Positions 39,949 to 53,746 of a stretch of DNA of 64,000 nucleotides are shown here, in pieces (the stretch's first letter is position 1; each line of letters opens with the position of its first letter). Below the pieces are notes generated by a model, which worked only from the letters and a program-made list of their open reading frames with translations, did not search any database and was not told the origin of the DNA. Made by a program: the position numbers and the translations under genes. The stretch covers positions 9,300,001 to 9,364,000 of the forward strand of contig OX597815.1 of assembly GCA_951406725.2 (NCBI GenBank), read 5' to 3'. This stretch comes from Octopus vulgaris. Lineage: Eukaryota.

Positions 39949-41299
39949 CTATTGGTGCTGTTGTTTGTAGTGGTGGCAGTGGTGCTGTTGGTATTGATAC
40001 TTAGTCTAGTTGCAACTTGGCTGAGTATACTTAATCATAAAAGACATTCTTACCGTGAACACCATGTTTTTTTTTCTTGTACGCAGGAAACCAAAGATTA
40101 TGTTATCTAAGGTTTCCATCTGAAGAAGACTTGGCTGCCATTTCTGTGAGGTCAGGCTAGAAAAGGCCTCTACAAAGGTTAGTTGTTGTTAACGATACAC
40201 CCGTTGTTAATAGTGACTTTTTGTTATATATCTCATTTGGCGAACGATGGTGTCTTTGGTTACTGGCTTCCAACAGGCTAGTCACTGGCTTTCGACAGTT
40301 TGCAAAAAACGAAGGTCGTACCCTGAAACATGGGCGAACGAAAACCGTTTGCTGAGTTCGATCGGCCAACTTCCTATGTGATAACAGAGTCACATTTGGG
40401 CTTTTGCTTGACCACTTCAGGGGTGTACTATCTAATTTCAAGATGTGTGCAGTTTTACAGTCGTATGTTTCCAAACTGTCCACGAGGGTCGACAGAATGG
40501 AGGCGGTAGACTACGATGGCTATCTTGACGTTCTGTCTTGACGTTCTGTCTTGACTTTCCACCGAAAATACAGATTGCTTAGAAAATCCGATTTTAGCAA
40601 CTGAAGTCGTGGAATGAGCTGAGGCACTGTGTAAGGGACAAACCATCAGAACTTGTTGCAGTGTTCTGTGGGCTATATTTTTATATATCAGGTTTGTTCA
40701 CTACTATTTTGGCAGCTGTCTATTGCCCTTGTGACGGCAGAATGGGAGCGTCTTTATATGCGTGAGTTGCAATGCTACTGAGAAAGCTGAAATTGTTCTA
40801 ACAAAGGGAATAAAAAAATAGTTTCAGGTTCACAACTTTGCTAAACTCAGACTGAAAGATACTGGCCACGGGGCTCTCCATGATGTTTGGTTTGTCGTCG
40901 CTAGTGCTGTTCGAAACGAACAAACTTGTGTGATTATTCTACCCGTTACAATATTTGTCTCGGCTAAGGCATTATAGAGCGGGTTGGCACTAGATCTGGC
41001 TTTAGTAGGAAGTTCATAAAGTGAAATTAGTTTTAAAGTTTCGACAGTACTGTACATTGCTACGCAACGTGACAGCTATCTTATAGACATCCATTTTCGC
41101 TCCCGCTTCAGAGAACAGATCACTACAATACACTGCGACATTTGTTTAGTGGTTTACCTAAAAGACCACTGATGGGAACCGTTTTGCCGGTGCACTAGGT
41201 CTGTGTTGTGTCTCGTCGACACTGTTATGTCCTTGAATTTATTGTATATGCCACTTTATGACGTGGACTTATAAGAAGGTTATAACAATACAAATATAA

Positions 41300-42990
41300 A
41301 TCAGAAACAACACGTAACAAACAATATCTCTTCTCAACAACTTCTACGACTGTCTTCACAAAACACCTGAACGCACCACACTGTTGTTTCTAAGGGGCAA
41401 GACAAAGAGGGAAAGAACAACACATTACAAGAGGGGAAAAATCGAATGAAAAATGAAATGTAAGTATAATGGAATAGAAAGATGGAATGATGGTTACCCG
41501 GGCCCCACAATTCAGGTAACACCATTGAACATTTTTACAAGATGAACATAGATATCAAAAAGTTATTTTTTCCTCATTCTGCTTCGTGTTGCTACAGTTT
41601 TTTCTTAGAGCTTTGATTTGTCTCTGTTGTTATCTGTACATGTGCGTTCGGGTTTTTCTGTTGTTGCGTGTTCGAGTTTGCATTTTCTTGCTTTTTAAGA
41701 CTTTTTTTTGTTTGTGGGAGGACGGGAACGAATACCTTTTTTTATCTTCTTCCTAGCTACCGCCCACTCTCCATCGCTTACCTCTGCTGATGTCGCTGAT
41801 GTCATCGGTGTGTTGTCCCCTGTGGTGTCCATCTCTCACTCATCTATCCCTTCGTCCTGCTTTCCCTCCTTTTCGTCAGGAACTTCCTTTTCCATTACTC
41901 TCCGCTCCCTAACAGTCCCCTTCTGACCAACTTCTTGTGCTTCAGACTTCAGGGCTTGGGAGCACGTTTTCCTTATGCGCCCCTTCAGGCCGCATCCTTA
42001 GTATCTTAAGACTCTGCCCTGTACAATCACTTTCACTCTTGAATCACCCGGAAGGATGATAAAATTCTGCATCTCGTCGATGTTCTCCGGTGTGGCTTGA
42101 ATTGTCACTCTTATACTCTTGCCACACCAGTTCTGGACACTTCTTTCCTCGAGTTCCATTAAAGCAATTTCTTCCTTTAGCTTTGTGAATACTGCTGCCA
42201 GGAGCCATTCTTGTTCAATTTCTGGGGGAACGCCTCCTATGGATGTTTTAGTGGTTCTTTTGCCTAGGTAAGTTGGCAAAAGAGCCAGTTCTCCGGTCTG
42301 TAGAGCGATCGCTGAATCGGCCCTGGCATCGTTCCCGGTGAAAAACTGCGCTTCAACCGTGCCATATTTCTTCCCTCTTCTCAAAGAGGCTATCTTGTAC
42401 ATGACGGGCTTCAGCGCCTTCTCTGTTTCCTCTATGGATGCTATCTCTATCGTTTTGGCTTTTAAAGATAGCGTTCTGTATACTACTGTTTTTCCTCGTA
42501 TTTTCCATGACCTCCTCGAGGGGAGACAACCTTACGTTTGTTCCCTCCTTCTTTACCATTGTCTCGAACTTTCTTACAGATTCTGGCCTGGTGTTAGAGC
42601 GCATAATGCGCCTGCTCACCGCGGCCGCGTAACCATTATTGCTTTCACTAGAATCACTGGTATATTCCGAATCAACTTCGTTTTCCATTAGCTTGTACGA
42701 CATATTGTCTTCCATTTTGTGTAGGCACACCCTACACAAAATGTAAACGATTCGCCCCTAAATGGGGAAACAACAGAAAACAAGCCTGAAAAAATTAACA
42801 AAGTGTCACAAGACACTCACAGTTCAAAACGATTTTTAAACAATTTATCAACAAAGGAATTCCTGAAAGGGAAAACCTGCAACGAAATTCAACGTCAAAT
42901 AACTATCAATAAACCTTGAAGATAATCCACTGACCGTAACCCGAGAGAGTACAAGCCACACTGTCTTTCACTGACAGTGCGCATGCGCCA
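41300..42990 (-). mobile_element. Decayed ORF1 (gag-like)-only non-LTR element, L1/Tx1-like
   Basis: Frameshifted ORF ...LRRGKKYGTVEAQF...LLPTYLGKR...GVPPEIEQEWL...VIVQGR, followed by a broken CCHC knuckle (Y*GCGLKGRIRKTC). No RT seen. Confidence 0.6.
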
Positions 42991-43136
42991 TTACACGGTA
43001 TAGGACAGTCGACTTACTGTCCCACAGGTGTGTCAGGATTTCATCACAACAGTCTGAAAATGATGACCCGAATATTCTTATATATTTTGTGTGCATGTCT
43101 ATATATAATGCATGCATGTATATTTATATGCATACA

Positions 43137-43175
<39 letters not shown>

Positions 43176-43301
43176 CTATCTAAATAAGTCTATCTATCTG
43201 TCTATCTATCTATCTATTTACCTGTCCGTCCGTCTTTCTGTCCGTTTCTCTATCTACCTGTTCGTCTGTCTGTCTGTTTGTCTCTCGCTCCCACCTCTCC
43301 C

Positions 43302-43355
<54 letters not shown>

Positions 43356-43359
<4 letters not shown>

Positions 43360-43523
43360 AAAACAGAAAATGGAGAAATATTGATGAACGACAATTGACT
43401 TACATCAATTATTATTTATTAATCCAATACAAAGAGACCGCCGAAACAGCTGTATTGAATTAATAAATAATTGATGTAAGTCAATTGCTGTTCATCAATA
43501 TTTCTTCATTATCTGTTTTCTTT
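43356..43523. repeat. Fold-back palindrome (~75-bp arms) with a hammerhead 3' half at the loop
   Basis: Arms pair. GAAA-CAGCTG-TA at 43443-43454. Confidence 0.8.
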
Positions 43524-43723
43524 AAATTTTGATTCTTGAGAAACTCATATTTATCCTTGCCTTTACCTATAATTTATGAGCACAATATACCTGCATATAT
43601 ATGCCCATAGTTAAACACAGGTAATATACCGGTAGTAAAATGGATACTTTTATTCCTTGGACGGTTATTTTAACCTCTAACTCAGGTAGCCTATATACAT
43701 AAATACATACATACGCACACACG

Positions 43724-43764
<41 letters not shown>

Positions 43765-43783
43765 GTATGTATGAATGTGTATA

Positions 43784-43817
<34 letters not shown>

Positions 43818-43918
43818 CATACATACATACATACATACATACATACATACATACATACATACATACATACATACATACATACATACATACATACATACAT
43901 ACATACATACATACATAC

Positions 43919-43949
<31 letters not shown>

Positions 43950-43978
43950 CATACATACATACATACATACATACATAC

Positions 43979-44020
<42 letters not shown>

Positions 44021-44251
44021 ATGGATGAATGAATTATCCTTTGTTTCCAGTTAACATGGAAAATTCAATAAGCAGTTACCAGGGTAGCAAAATTCACGGA
44101 AATAACAAGGATGTATCGACCTATTCAAAGGTAGAAACTCCGGGTTAATGTGCAGTAATTTGTATAGTATAAACAAATGAATGGAGTTGACCAACGTAGG
44201 TGTTATTCAAAGAAGTTGAATAACACCTGCGTTCAACTCCATTTATTTACT

Positions 44252-44338
<87 letters not shown>

Positions 44339-45391
44339 TATAATTATCTTCTTTTTACTGTTTAAACTGATCTGTATATCCCTCTTATTTGACATGGTTC
44401 TAATACCCCTTTTAAAATAAATAAAAAAAATTAAATTTTAATTTCATTTTTATGTAACAGTGTTACACGGGCTCTTGCTATACCTTGATTATAAACTCTT
44501 TCCCTCCGATCCTTTAATGTTTTCCTAGATCCCTGTATAGCGTCCTAAGTTTCATAGCGTAACTGAAAATAATGACAAGTGTTACCCTACCTCTTTCATG
44601 GGCATATATTGCTATCTAATTGACTCCTTCTAAAGTTTGTTTCTTTTTGTGGTGAAGAGTATTGATGGTATTAAGAAATTAAGGAATAGGAGAAACATCT
44701 AGTAATATTTATTTACGATCAGCAGCCAGCTCTGAGCTGTCAACTCACAATGTTCTTTATTCTCAATAAACGTAGTATCGTAGCCTTAGATCTTTTGCTG
44801 ATGATTAGAAGGTAGATAAAGGGATTAGAAATGAATTATAATCCTATCAACCTCAACGTGTTCAATGCCACTCCAAAATTGTAGTTCTTCGTTTAGATTA
44901 TTCTTACTGCAATAGTGACAGAATGAAATTTTTCAATCCTCTAGCTCTGATAAAATATTTGAGAAAAATTATATTAATATATCATGACTGTTGAAAATCC
45001 ATGTTTATTGCAACTGAGGATAGTGTGGTATTTAAATATTGATGTAATGCTTTCATTGTTCAGTTAAATGGAGCCGCTTGAAACGGTCGTATTGTACTAA
45101 TACTTGACATTATGTTACTCATTTTGATATATATATATACACACGCACACGCACACACACACACACGCACGCACACATGGTATTACTCAACCATCTGGTT
45201 GATAAGTGATGAAGAATTAGTGATCTTCTTTATCTGTCTTCCGTCCATTTGTGCATTCAATATACGTTATACGTCTTTTACGTTTCCTTTGTGTATTTAC
45301 AATACATTTTTCATTTATTTAGTAACAGAACACAATAAAAGCACCTTGGCTTTTATTAACAGAAAGTTACACACACACGCAAATATATATA

Positions 45392-45861
45392 TATTTTCCA
45401 GTAAATATCGGTACTTCGTTGTGCCATATATTTACTTCTATGTATAATTTTCCCTCACGGGCTATTCTTTACTGGAAAGCAATACTTTCGTATTGCATTA
45501 CTATTTTTATTGAAACTTCTTCACTGTTCTCGTTCTGTCAGCGTTTTAGCGTTTCAGTCGAGTGTATTGGCATTGATGTGGCAACATCTGAAATGTTGTC
45601 GGGTATATGTTGGCTGATGAAGATAAATCAAGTATATGTGTGCAGACATATCTTGAAAAATCTGAAACCGGTCCCACATTATCCCTTTCTAGGTATTTCA
45701 TCTTTCAGATGTTCTCCCTGGAGGTAAGACAATTTTTTTCAAGTTTGTTGCACACACGCATTTTTGCTAGTACATATACGGTGAAGCTATACATTAGCGT
45801 CGTATTTATTACGTTTGCTATTTTCCAGTAAATATCGGTACTTCGTTGTGCCATATATTTA

Positions 45862-45864
<3 letters not shown>
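45392..45864 (+). mobile_element. Hammerhead-bearing 427-nt monomer with 46-bp terminal redundancy (retrozyme/Penelope-like)
   Basis: Direct repeats at 45392-45437 and 45819-45864. TA-flanked with an internal hammerhead. Confidence 0.72.
45607..45679 (+). ncRNA. Type I hammerhead ribozyme with extended stem II, predicted GUC cleavage after 45673
   Basis: atgttgg CTGATGA AGAT[..tcaag tatatgt../..acatat cttga..]ATCT GAAA CCGG TC ccacat. Stem III ACCGGT is palindromic. Confidence 0.78.
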
Positions 45865-45904
<40 letters not shown>

Positions 45905-45959
45905 CATCTTAAATCATGACAGCCTTTAGAGCAAAACAGATTATCTATATGAACTTTGT

Positions 45960-46560
45960 AATATACAATTTTCAAAGAACACTATATTCTCCGCGCAACA
46001 TGGGTAAAAATGTTTAGATATTTCCTGCTTCACAAACAACGAAGAACTCGTCCACAATGTGAAGAAAACACCGACAATTTTCTCAGACCATAAACCTAGG
46101 AGAAATTACAAATAAGTTTTATTCAACCTATAAAAATTTGTTTAAAAGGAAACGGAAGTGGCAAGGAAGTCTCCTTATGCAAGACAGTGCCATAAAACGT
46201 TGAATATTTCAACTTTTTAAAAGCCACAGATAAAGGTAAACATTGAGTGCTGCTGCATTACAAAGTGATTGATATCGGCATTGACAGAAAACTTGCAGAA
46301 GTCGGTGCATGACTTTCCAAGAAGCAGAAGCCAGACAGTTGCAGCCAATGGCGAATCTCTCAAAGGAAGTTCCAACGTTGAGAGGAGTCCCTCGAGGAAA
46401 TGTCTTGAGACCATTGCTGTTTGCCATGGTTCCATCAGTCACTCTGCCAGTTACACGGACAGTCTGGTTTTACTAACGATACTAAATTATCAAAGACTAA
46501 GAACAGTAGTAAAGTCAGGAAAAAGTAGCAAGACCAAAAGGCAATCTATAAATGGAATGA
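45960..46560 (+). pseudogene. Decayed CR1/L2-type reverse transcriptase fragment
   Basis: Across frameshifts: F.KA.DK..H, IGID.KL, RSQTVAANG, RGVPRGNVLRPLLF, F.NDTKL. Confidence 0.7.
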
Positions 46561-46774
46561 AGGAAAATGGCTTATAAAATATTTGGTTGCACATTTGTAA
46601 CTGAATATCTTGTTAATAATCTCTTCCGTTACTAAATAAATTTCTAAAAAATGTATTGTAAATACACAAACGATGTGTGTGTGTGTGTGTGTGTGTGTGA
46701 AAGTTCATATATATGTGTAATTATAATTATAAACATGTAAAATGTAATTAGGTGTATACGAAAGTTTATGAGTG

Positions 46775-46806
<32 letters not shown>

Positions 46807-46815
46807 TTGTTTTTC

Positions 46816-47018
46816 CAGTTTCAGCTCTTGAGCTGTGGCCATGCTGGGGCACCGCCATTGTGGTGAAAGAGTACAGCAGGGATCACCACCCCCTGCCGGA
46901 GCCTCGTAGAGCTTTTAGGTGTTTTCGCTCAATAAACACACACAACGCCCGGTCTGAGAATCGAAACCGCGATCCTGCGACCGCGAGTCCGCTGCCCTAA
47001 CCACTAGGCCATTGCGCC
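46816..47018 (-). mobile_element. Chimeric SINE with an S1 head and an S3-like tail
   Basis: S1 5' part joined to ggcggtgccccagcatggccacagc...ctgaaac. Confidence 0.7.
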
Positions 47019-48277
47019 TATATATTTATAATAAGTGTAGATCGTATACGAGTGGGTATATATTTATAAAAAAGAAGTTTGAAAACGCCACTATATAAGA
47101 TAAATTTTAATTTTCTTAGAAATTTTACATATTTCGATTCTTCTTGAAAAAAAACGAACCTTATCAAAAATATTTTAAAAAGTGAAGTATAATAAAAAAA
47201 AGTTCATAATTGTTTCTTACTGGTCTCAACAGAATCCACGTGGTGGTGTTTTGTGGGTAGTAAGCATAATAGCTGTAAATTTAAAGTTGAGTGTAATAAA
47301 AAAGTTCATAGTTGTTTCTTACTGGTCTCATATATATACACATACATATACATGTATTAATGTTTGTTTTATGTATAGTTATAAATAGAAACAATCAAGC
47401 TTAAGTTCAAGGCCTACTCAATGATGAAGTCTTCAGAGCTAAAACCAAGAAGTGTCAACTATATACATATAGGCTCAAGACTTTTCATACATCCTCGTAT
47501 ATAAATATATATATATATATACATATATAACGTACATACATACATATGTATATATATGCACATATTTATATATATATATATATATGATATAAATAAGTAC
47601 ATATACAACATATATATATATATATGTAACATTTGTATGCACATGTGTGTGCGTATGCGCGCACGCGTGTTTGAGTGTGTGAACTAGCATTTGTGTATAT
47701 CCACGCGAGTGTGTGAGTCTATGCTTGTTGTGTGTGTGTGTGTGTGTGCGCATGTTGTATGCATGCGTGTGCTTGCATACACGATACGCCCAGATACATT
47801 ATTGAATAGAGAGAGAAACACATATTTTCGCCCCGTACAATGCATATGAAAATCGATATATACATTTCAACTTAAAAAATGAATGCATTCAAGTAATTTT
47901 CTGAGCAAGTCTGTATGTATGTATGTATGTATGTATGTATGTATGTATGAATGTATGTATATATGTATGTATGCATGTATGTATGTATGTATGTATGTAT
48001 GTATGTATGTATGTATGTATGTATGTGTATGTATGTATGTTTGTATGCATGCATGCATGTATGTATGTATGTATGTATGTATGTATGTATGTATGTATGT
48101 ATGTATGTATGCATGTATGTATGTATGTATGTATGTATGTATGTATGTATGTATGTATGTATGTATGTATGTCTGCATGTATGTATGTCTGCATGTATGT
48201 ATTTATGTATGTATGTATGTATGTATTATTTCCTCATTATTCTTCGAATTTTTCTCCTTCAAGGATCTGGAGTCTCG

Positions 48278-48323
<46 letters not shown>

Positions 48324-48431
48324 ACGTATGTAAGAATCCATGTTATGTATACATATATAGGTGTGTGTATGTGTGTACACACACGTAGATATGTATATAC
48401 GTATGCATATAAATACATGCACACACATGTT

Positions 48432-48596
<165 letters not shown>

Positions 48597-49197
48597 CGTA
48601 CACATATATATATACGCACACATATATACATACACATATACATACATACACACGTGCATACAAATTGGGAGAAATGTTAAATATCTATTATTTTTCTACC
48701 AAAGCACTTTATCTCAGTCATGGACGACATTTTAGCTATGAGTTTCTTTCCAACAATAGCAACACAAGCAGCGACATCTCTAGCAACAACAATAACAACA
48801 ACAACAGCAACAACAACAACAACAAAAAAAGAAACAACAATAACAAACCAATTACAACAAAAAACCCCTACTAGAATAAAAATATAACTCAGCTATAAAT
48901 GTAAATTATAATGAAACTAAAGCTGAACTGCCTTTCTTTAGAATCAATCACCATTTTTATTTACTTACTTTTATAACAGTGATATAATTCTATTCTTAAA
49001 AAAATTGTTTGTTTGCCTTTGTGTATTTCGTTTTATTCATTTTGTACTTTAATATTATCAAAGTGTAAACCAACCCATTTCATCCTCGCACTCGACTCCC
49101 TGAAATGGCATTGCGTTCAAATGTGTCTGGCTACGTATAACATATGAATCTCAAACTGGACTACACCCAAAACAACATATATATATATATATGTATA

Positions 49198-49600
49198 CTA
49201 GCAGTATCGCCCGGTGTTGCTCGGGTTTGTAAGGGAAATAACTATATAAGCATTTTTAGAGATGTAAAGTATAATAGCCATCTCAATATGGCTAACCACA
49301 AAGGGGGGGGGTGTTACTGTAGCTTTTTACGTTCTGAGATTTAATAATACATTTTTAGAGAGTTACTTCCCTTATATAATAGCAAAAAATGCATTAAAAA
49401 TGGGGAAAAATTATGGTAATTTTTTTTAAATCGTAGACTCATCGTAAGTAGACGCGCGCTAATACCCAGAAGGGCTCGATATGAATCACGACTATAAGAT
49501 ACCCGGTTTTGGTTAAACTGCACCGCAAAATGTGGGAGTAGTTAGGAATCTAAATCGTAGGAGACAGACACTCACACAACTTCACTTTTATATATAAAGA
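49198..49600 (-). mobile_element. Helitron H1
   Basis: TC and CTAG termini. Confidence 0.85.
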
Positions 49601-49966
49601 TATGTACGAACGCACGAATGTCGGTACTTGCGAATGTAAGTACATACGTACGTACCTATGTACCTATTTATATATGTATATTTATATCTATGAATGTATG
49701 TATATGTGCTTTTACATTCCAGGTTCCTCCCCAATATGTTTCGAAGACATTCTGGGGGAAAGACTTTTGCAGTATTTATAGTAAGCCCTTACATACTGCA
49801 ATGTACTGCTTGTGTGTGTAGTGCAAACTTGCGATAAAAGGCTCTACGTTCTAGTAATAATTTACGATAACGAAGTTTCTCATTTACTGTTCCTTGTTCG
49901 TTTTTAAGGTCAAATAGCTTGCCCCTTATTGTGTCTTGTCCATTGCTCCCGTAGGGCTTAGATAAT

Positions 49967-50041
49967 CTATCGAAGCCGCAGCTGGTAGCGCGAATTTATT
50001 ATTATTGTCTGAATACTTTTTATGAATCTGTCAGTATTTGT
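49967..50041 (-). CDS. Unknown secreted protein gene, last coding exon (TNTDRFIKSIQTIIINSRYQLRLR*)
   Basis: (CT)n polypyrimidine tract and ccag| acceptor. Phase 0, in frame with exon 50218-50364. Confidence 0.65.
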   Translation of the reverse strand, partial: TNTDRFIKSIQTIIINSRYQLRLR

Positions 50042-50042
50042 C

Positions 50043-50088
<46 letters not shown>

Positions 50089-50217
50089 AAGGGAGAGGAG
50101 AGAGTGTGCGGGGAGAAATAAATCATCCATTTTTATAGTATTTTCTCGTTATGATCAATTTCTGTTGCTCCCATATGCTGGCGAACGGTGACCGCAACAC
50201 TATAGAGAAGGACTTAC

Positions 50218-50364
50218 AATATCCCCAAATGTATGGAGTTTTGATCTATCGATCGTGAATAACATCAAATCAAGGGGTTTGCTTCGATTCATTTCCAGAA
50301 TTGCTCTTTTAAGTAATTGTTTATTAATGGTAATGGCGAGATTTTTATTGCATTTTGCTTTAAG
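50218..50364 (-). CDS. Unknown secreted protein gene, exon 5 (LKAKCNKNLAITINKQLLKRAILEMNRSKPLDLMLFTIDRSKLHTFGDI)
   Basis: ctacag| acceptor and |gtaagt donor. 147 nt open, phase 0/0. Confidence 0.7.
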
Positions 50365-50433
50365 CTGTAGTTTGTGGTGTTTGTATCTTCATTCATTTCT
50401 GTTTTGTTTATAACCAGCTATCTCTCCTCAGAT

Positions 50434-50786
50434 GTTAGGCAGCGGAATAGCGGTCGTAGGATCGCGGTTTCGATTCCCAGACCGGGCGTTGTGAGTGTTT
50501 ATTGAGCGAAAACACCTAAAGCTCCACGACGCTCCGGCAGAGGATGGTGGTGATCCCTGCTGTACTCTTTCACCACAACTTTCTCTTACTTCCTGTTTCT
50601 GTAGTACCTGTATTTCAAAGGGCCAGCCTTGTCACTCTCCGTGTCACGCTGAATATCTCCGAGAACTACGTTAAGGGTACACGTGTCTGTGGAGTGCTCA
50701 GCCACTTACACGTTAATTTCACGAGCAGGCTGTTCCGTTGATTCGGATCAACCGGAACTCTCGTCGTCGTAACTGACGGAGTGCTT
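50434..50786 (+). mobile_element. SINE S1 (5'-degraded) with poly(A)
   Basis: S1 body and tail. Confidence 0.82.
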
Positions 50787-51037
50787 CAAAAAAAAAAAAA
50801 AAAAAGTAGCACCATAATCGTCTCAGTACTATTGTTGTTGCCTTGACTGTGGGTTTTTTTTACAGCCTCCTAAACGAAGAATCTACTTGTCGTTTCTGAC
50901 TTTTATTTAGGGTGTGAACTATTTTCATGCTCAGTAAGAAAAACAGCAATTTTTTTTTTATCGACGATTGCTTGGTGTCGTAACTCCTTAATACTGAAAT
51001 ACAAACAGTTAAGATATTCAAGATCTCACTAACTCAC

Positions 51038-51239
51038 CATCGTTTTCATGTGGCAAATCATGGGAACTTCACCAGCCCTTTTGTATAATCGATACAGTTC
51101 TTGATTCATAGATCCACTGAAATTCCTCTCGATAGATCCACAATCTGCGACAGCTGATCCCAGTTTCCTGTCCAGTCGAAGAGTATTTAGTACTATTTCC
51201 ACGTGTTGCGATTCAGTTAATTTCACAAATTGTTTATTG
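51038..51239 (-). CDS. Unknown secreted protein gene, exon 4 (NKQFVKLTESQHVEIVLNTLRLDRKLGSAVADCGSIERNFSGSMNQELYRLYKRAGEVPMICHMKTM)
   Basis: Open frame with a strong ATG|gtgagt phase 0 donor. The acceptor (gtgtag|, phase 2) is weak and uncertain. Confidence 0.6.
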
Positions 51240-51263
51240 CTACACTTTTTTTATATAATACAA

Positions 51264-51659
51264 CTAGCAGTATCGCCCGGCGTTGCTCGGGTTTGTAAGG
51301 GAAATAACTATATAAGCATTTTTAGAGATGTAAAGTATAATAGTCATATCAATATGGCTAACCACAAAGGGGGGTGTTACTGTAGCTTTTTACGTTCTGA
51401 GATTTAATAATAAATTTTTAGAGAGTTACTTCCCTTATATATGCCGAAAATACATTAAAAATGGGAACAATTGATGGTAATTTTTTTTTTAAATCGTAGA
51501 CTCATCGTAAACGCGCGCTAATACCCAGAAGGGCTCGATATGAATCACGACTATAAGATACCCGGTTTTGGTTAAACTGCACCGCAAAATGTGGGAGTAG
51601 TTAGGAATCTAAATCGTAGGAGACAGACACTCACACAACCTCACTTTTATATATAAAGA
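51264..51659 (-). mobile_element. Helitron H1
   Basis: TC and CTAG termini. Confidence 0.85.
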
Positions 51660-51818
51660 TATATTAAGCATTTACTCGAAGAAGATTACCAAGTTTTTCA
51701 TCAGGCTTGTATAGATAGCAAACGTTTTAGAGGATAGCATACATTACACGAAAGATGAATAGTTCTCATATACTGACCTGATTCACTTGCACGACACATT
51801 GCATACGACGCCGAAGTC

Positions 51819-51849
<31 letters not shown>

Positions 51850-52276
51850 TGTATGTATGTATGTATGTATGTATGTATGTATGTATGTATGTATGTATGT
51901 ATGTATTTATGTATGTATGTATGTACGTTTTTATGTATGTATGTATGTATGTATGTATGTATGTATGCATGCATGCATGCATGAATGTATGTATGTATGT
52001 ATGTATGTATGTATGTATGTATGTATGTATGTATGCATGCATGTATGTATGCATGCATGTATGTATGCATGCATGAATGTATGTATGTATGTATGTATGC
52101 ATGTATGTATGTATGTATGCATGCATGAATGTATGTATGTATGTATGTATGCATGCATGCATGTATGTATGTATGTATGTATTTATGTGTGTATGTATGT
52201 ACGTTTTTATGTATGTATGTATGTATGTATGCATGTATGCATGTATTTATGTATGTATGTATGTATGTATGCATGA

Positions 52277-53290
52277 ATTAGGAAAGCATATGATGCTTTG
52301 GGAAAGCTAGAAAGGCGCCTCTAGAGTCGACGAAACATATGCAGGAAGACAAAGATAAAGGTGTACAAGGCATGTGTGCTCTCTTCTCTTCTTTATGCCC
52401 GCGAGACGTGGGTCACATATCGATACCACCTTAAACAACTGGAACGTTTCCACCAGATGTGTCTCAGACGGATCTATGGCATTAAGTGGGAGGACCGCAT
52501 CAGTGATCTTGAAATATTGGAAAGGTCTCGGTGTGAAAGTACAGAAGCTCTTGTGTTACGGCAAAGGCTCGGATGCAGTGGTCATCTTGTCAGGATGAAG
52601 GATTCAAGGATGCCAAAACAACTCTTTTATGGAGAGTTAGCTAAAGGAGAACGACCTCCACATAACCCCAAAAAGAAGTATAAGGACTTGCTGAAGGCTT
52701 CCTTAAGAGATGCTTGCACCTCTCCTGACACATGGGAGGGCATAGCTATTGATCGTAGCGGGTGGAGAAAGATTGTGCGATAGAGGACAGCTACTTTTGC
52801 GCATGAGAAAGTAAGGAGGGATGTTAGGAAGGGCATCGCTGTTACACTTCCAAATGGGAAGGGTCTTCCTATGATGCTGACATGCAGTGTCTGTGCAAGA
52901 CCCTGCCTCAGTAAAGCTGGACTCAAGAGTCATCTTCGTAGTTAAAAAGCGAGACAGATGATTAAAAACCTGGCCACTGGTGGTGGTGTTACACACCATA
53001 CTAATCATATCTGTCGGGCATGTGGAAGAGAGTGTAATTCGGCAGGAAGACTTAAACGACATGCAAAGGTACATGAAGTCCAGTTACAACTACAGCTGGC
53101 TATTACCAGTAAAGATATTAGTTGCCAATTCTGTACAAGACATTGTAGATCTTTAGCTGGGCTAAAAAGTCACATTCGATCACAGCACCAATAACAGCTA
53201 AGCCTCGTGCAATGGCCATACTCGATAGCGAGGGGCAGCCATCATGTATGTATGTATGTATGTATGTATGTATGTATGTATGTATGTATG
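52277..53290 (+). mobile_element. 5'-truncated RTE-clade LINE with three C-terminal C2H2 zinc fingers and an (ATGT)n tail
   Basis: TKIKVYKACVLSSLLYARETW...LRRI..IKWEDRIS...GHLVRM.DSRMPKQLFYGEL...DRSGWR. Fingers CSVC..H, CRAC..H..H and CQFC..H..H. Internal stops. Confidence 0.9.
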
Positions 53291-53294
53291 CATA

Positions 53295-53598
53295 CATCAC
53301 CGTCATCACCGTCACCGTGACCGACCAGTCTATCAGATGTTGCTACACATCGCTGGTCACAATGCGCTTCGCATTGTTTTAGCCTTCAAATGACGGCACC
53401 CCGCTGGCTAAGAAGATAGAATGAGAGAAAGTTGTGGCGAAAGAGTACAACAGGGATCGCCGCCACCTCCTGCCCGAGCCACGTGGATCTTTTAGGTGTT
53501 TTCGCTCAATAACCACTCACAACGCTCGGTCTGGGAATCGAAACCGCGATCCTACGACCGCGAGTCCGCTGCCCTAACCACTGGGCCATTGCGCCTCC
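53295..53598 (-). mobile_element. SINE with an S1 head and a third tail type
   Basis: S1 head at 53420-53598 followed by an unrelated tail. Confidence 0.7.
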
Positions 53599-53746
53599 AC
53601 GTATGCATACATATGTATGTATATATACGTATATTTATGCATATCTATGTACCGTCGAAATTTAATGTGAAGATGCATTGCAGAAAAGTATGAAAAGCAA
53701 TATTATTTGATTGATTATCAATATGGTCATTCGTTATATATATATA

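Noticed and set aside
51775-51820. Possible missing exon of the - strand gene (CAG|gtcagt donor)
   Set aside because: It has no acceptor or frame that links exons 3 and 4 without a stop.
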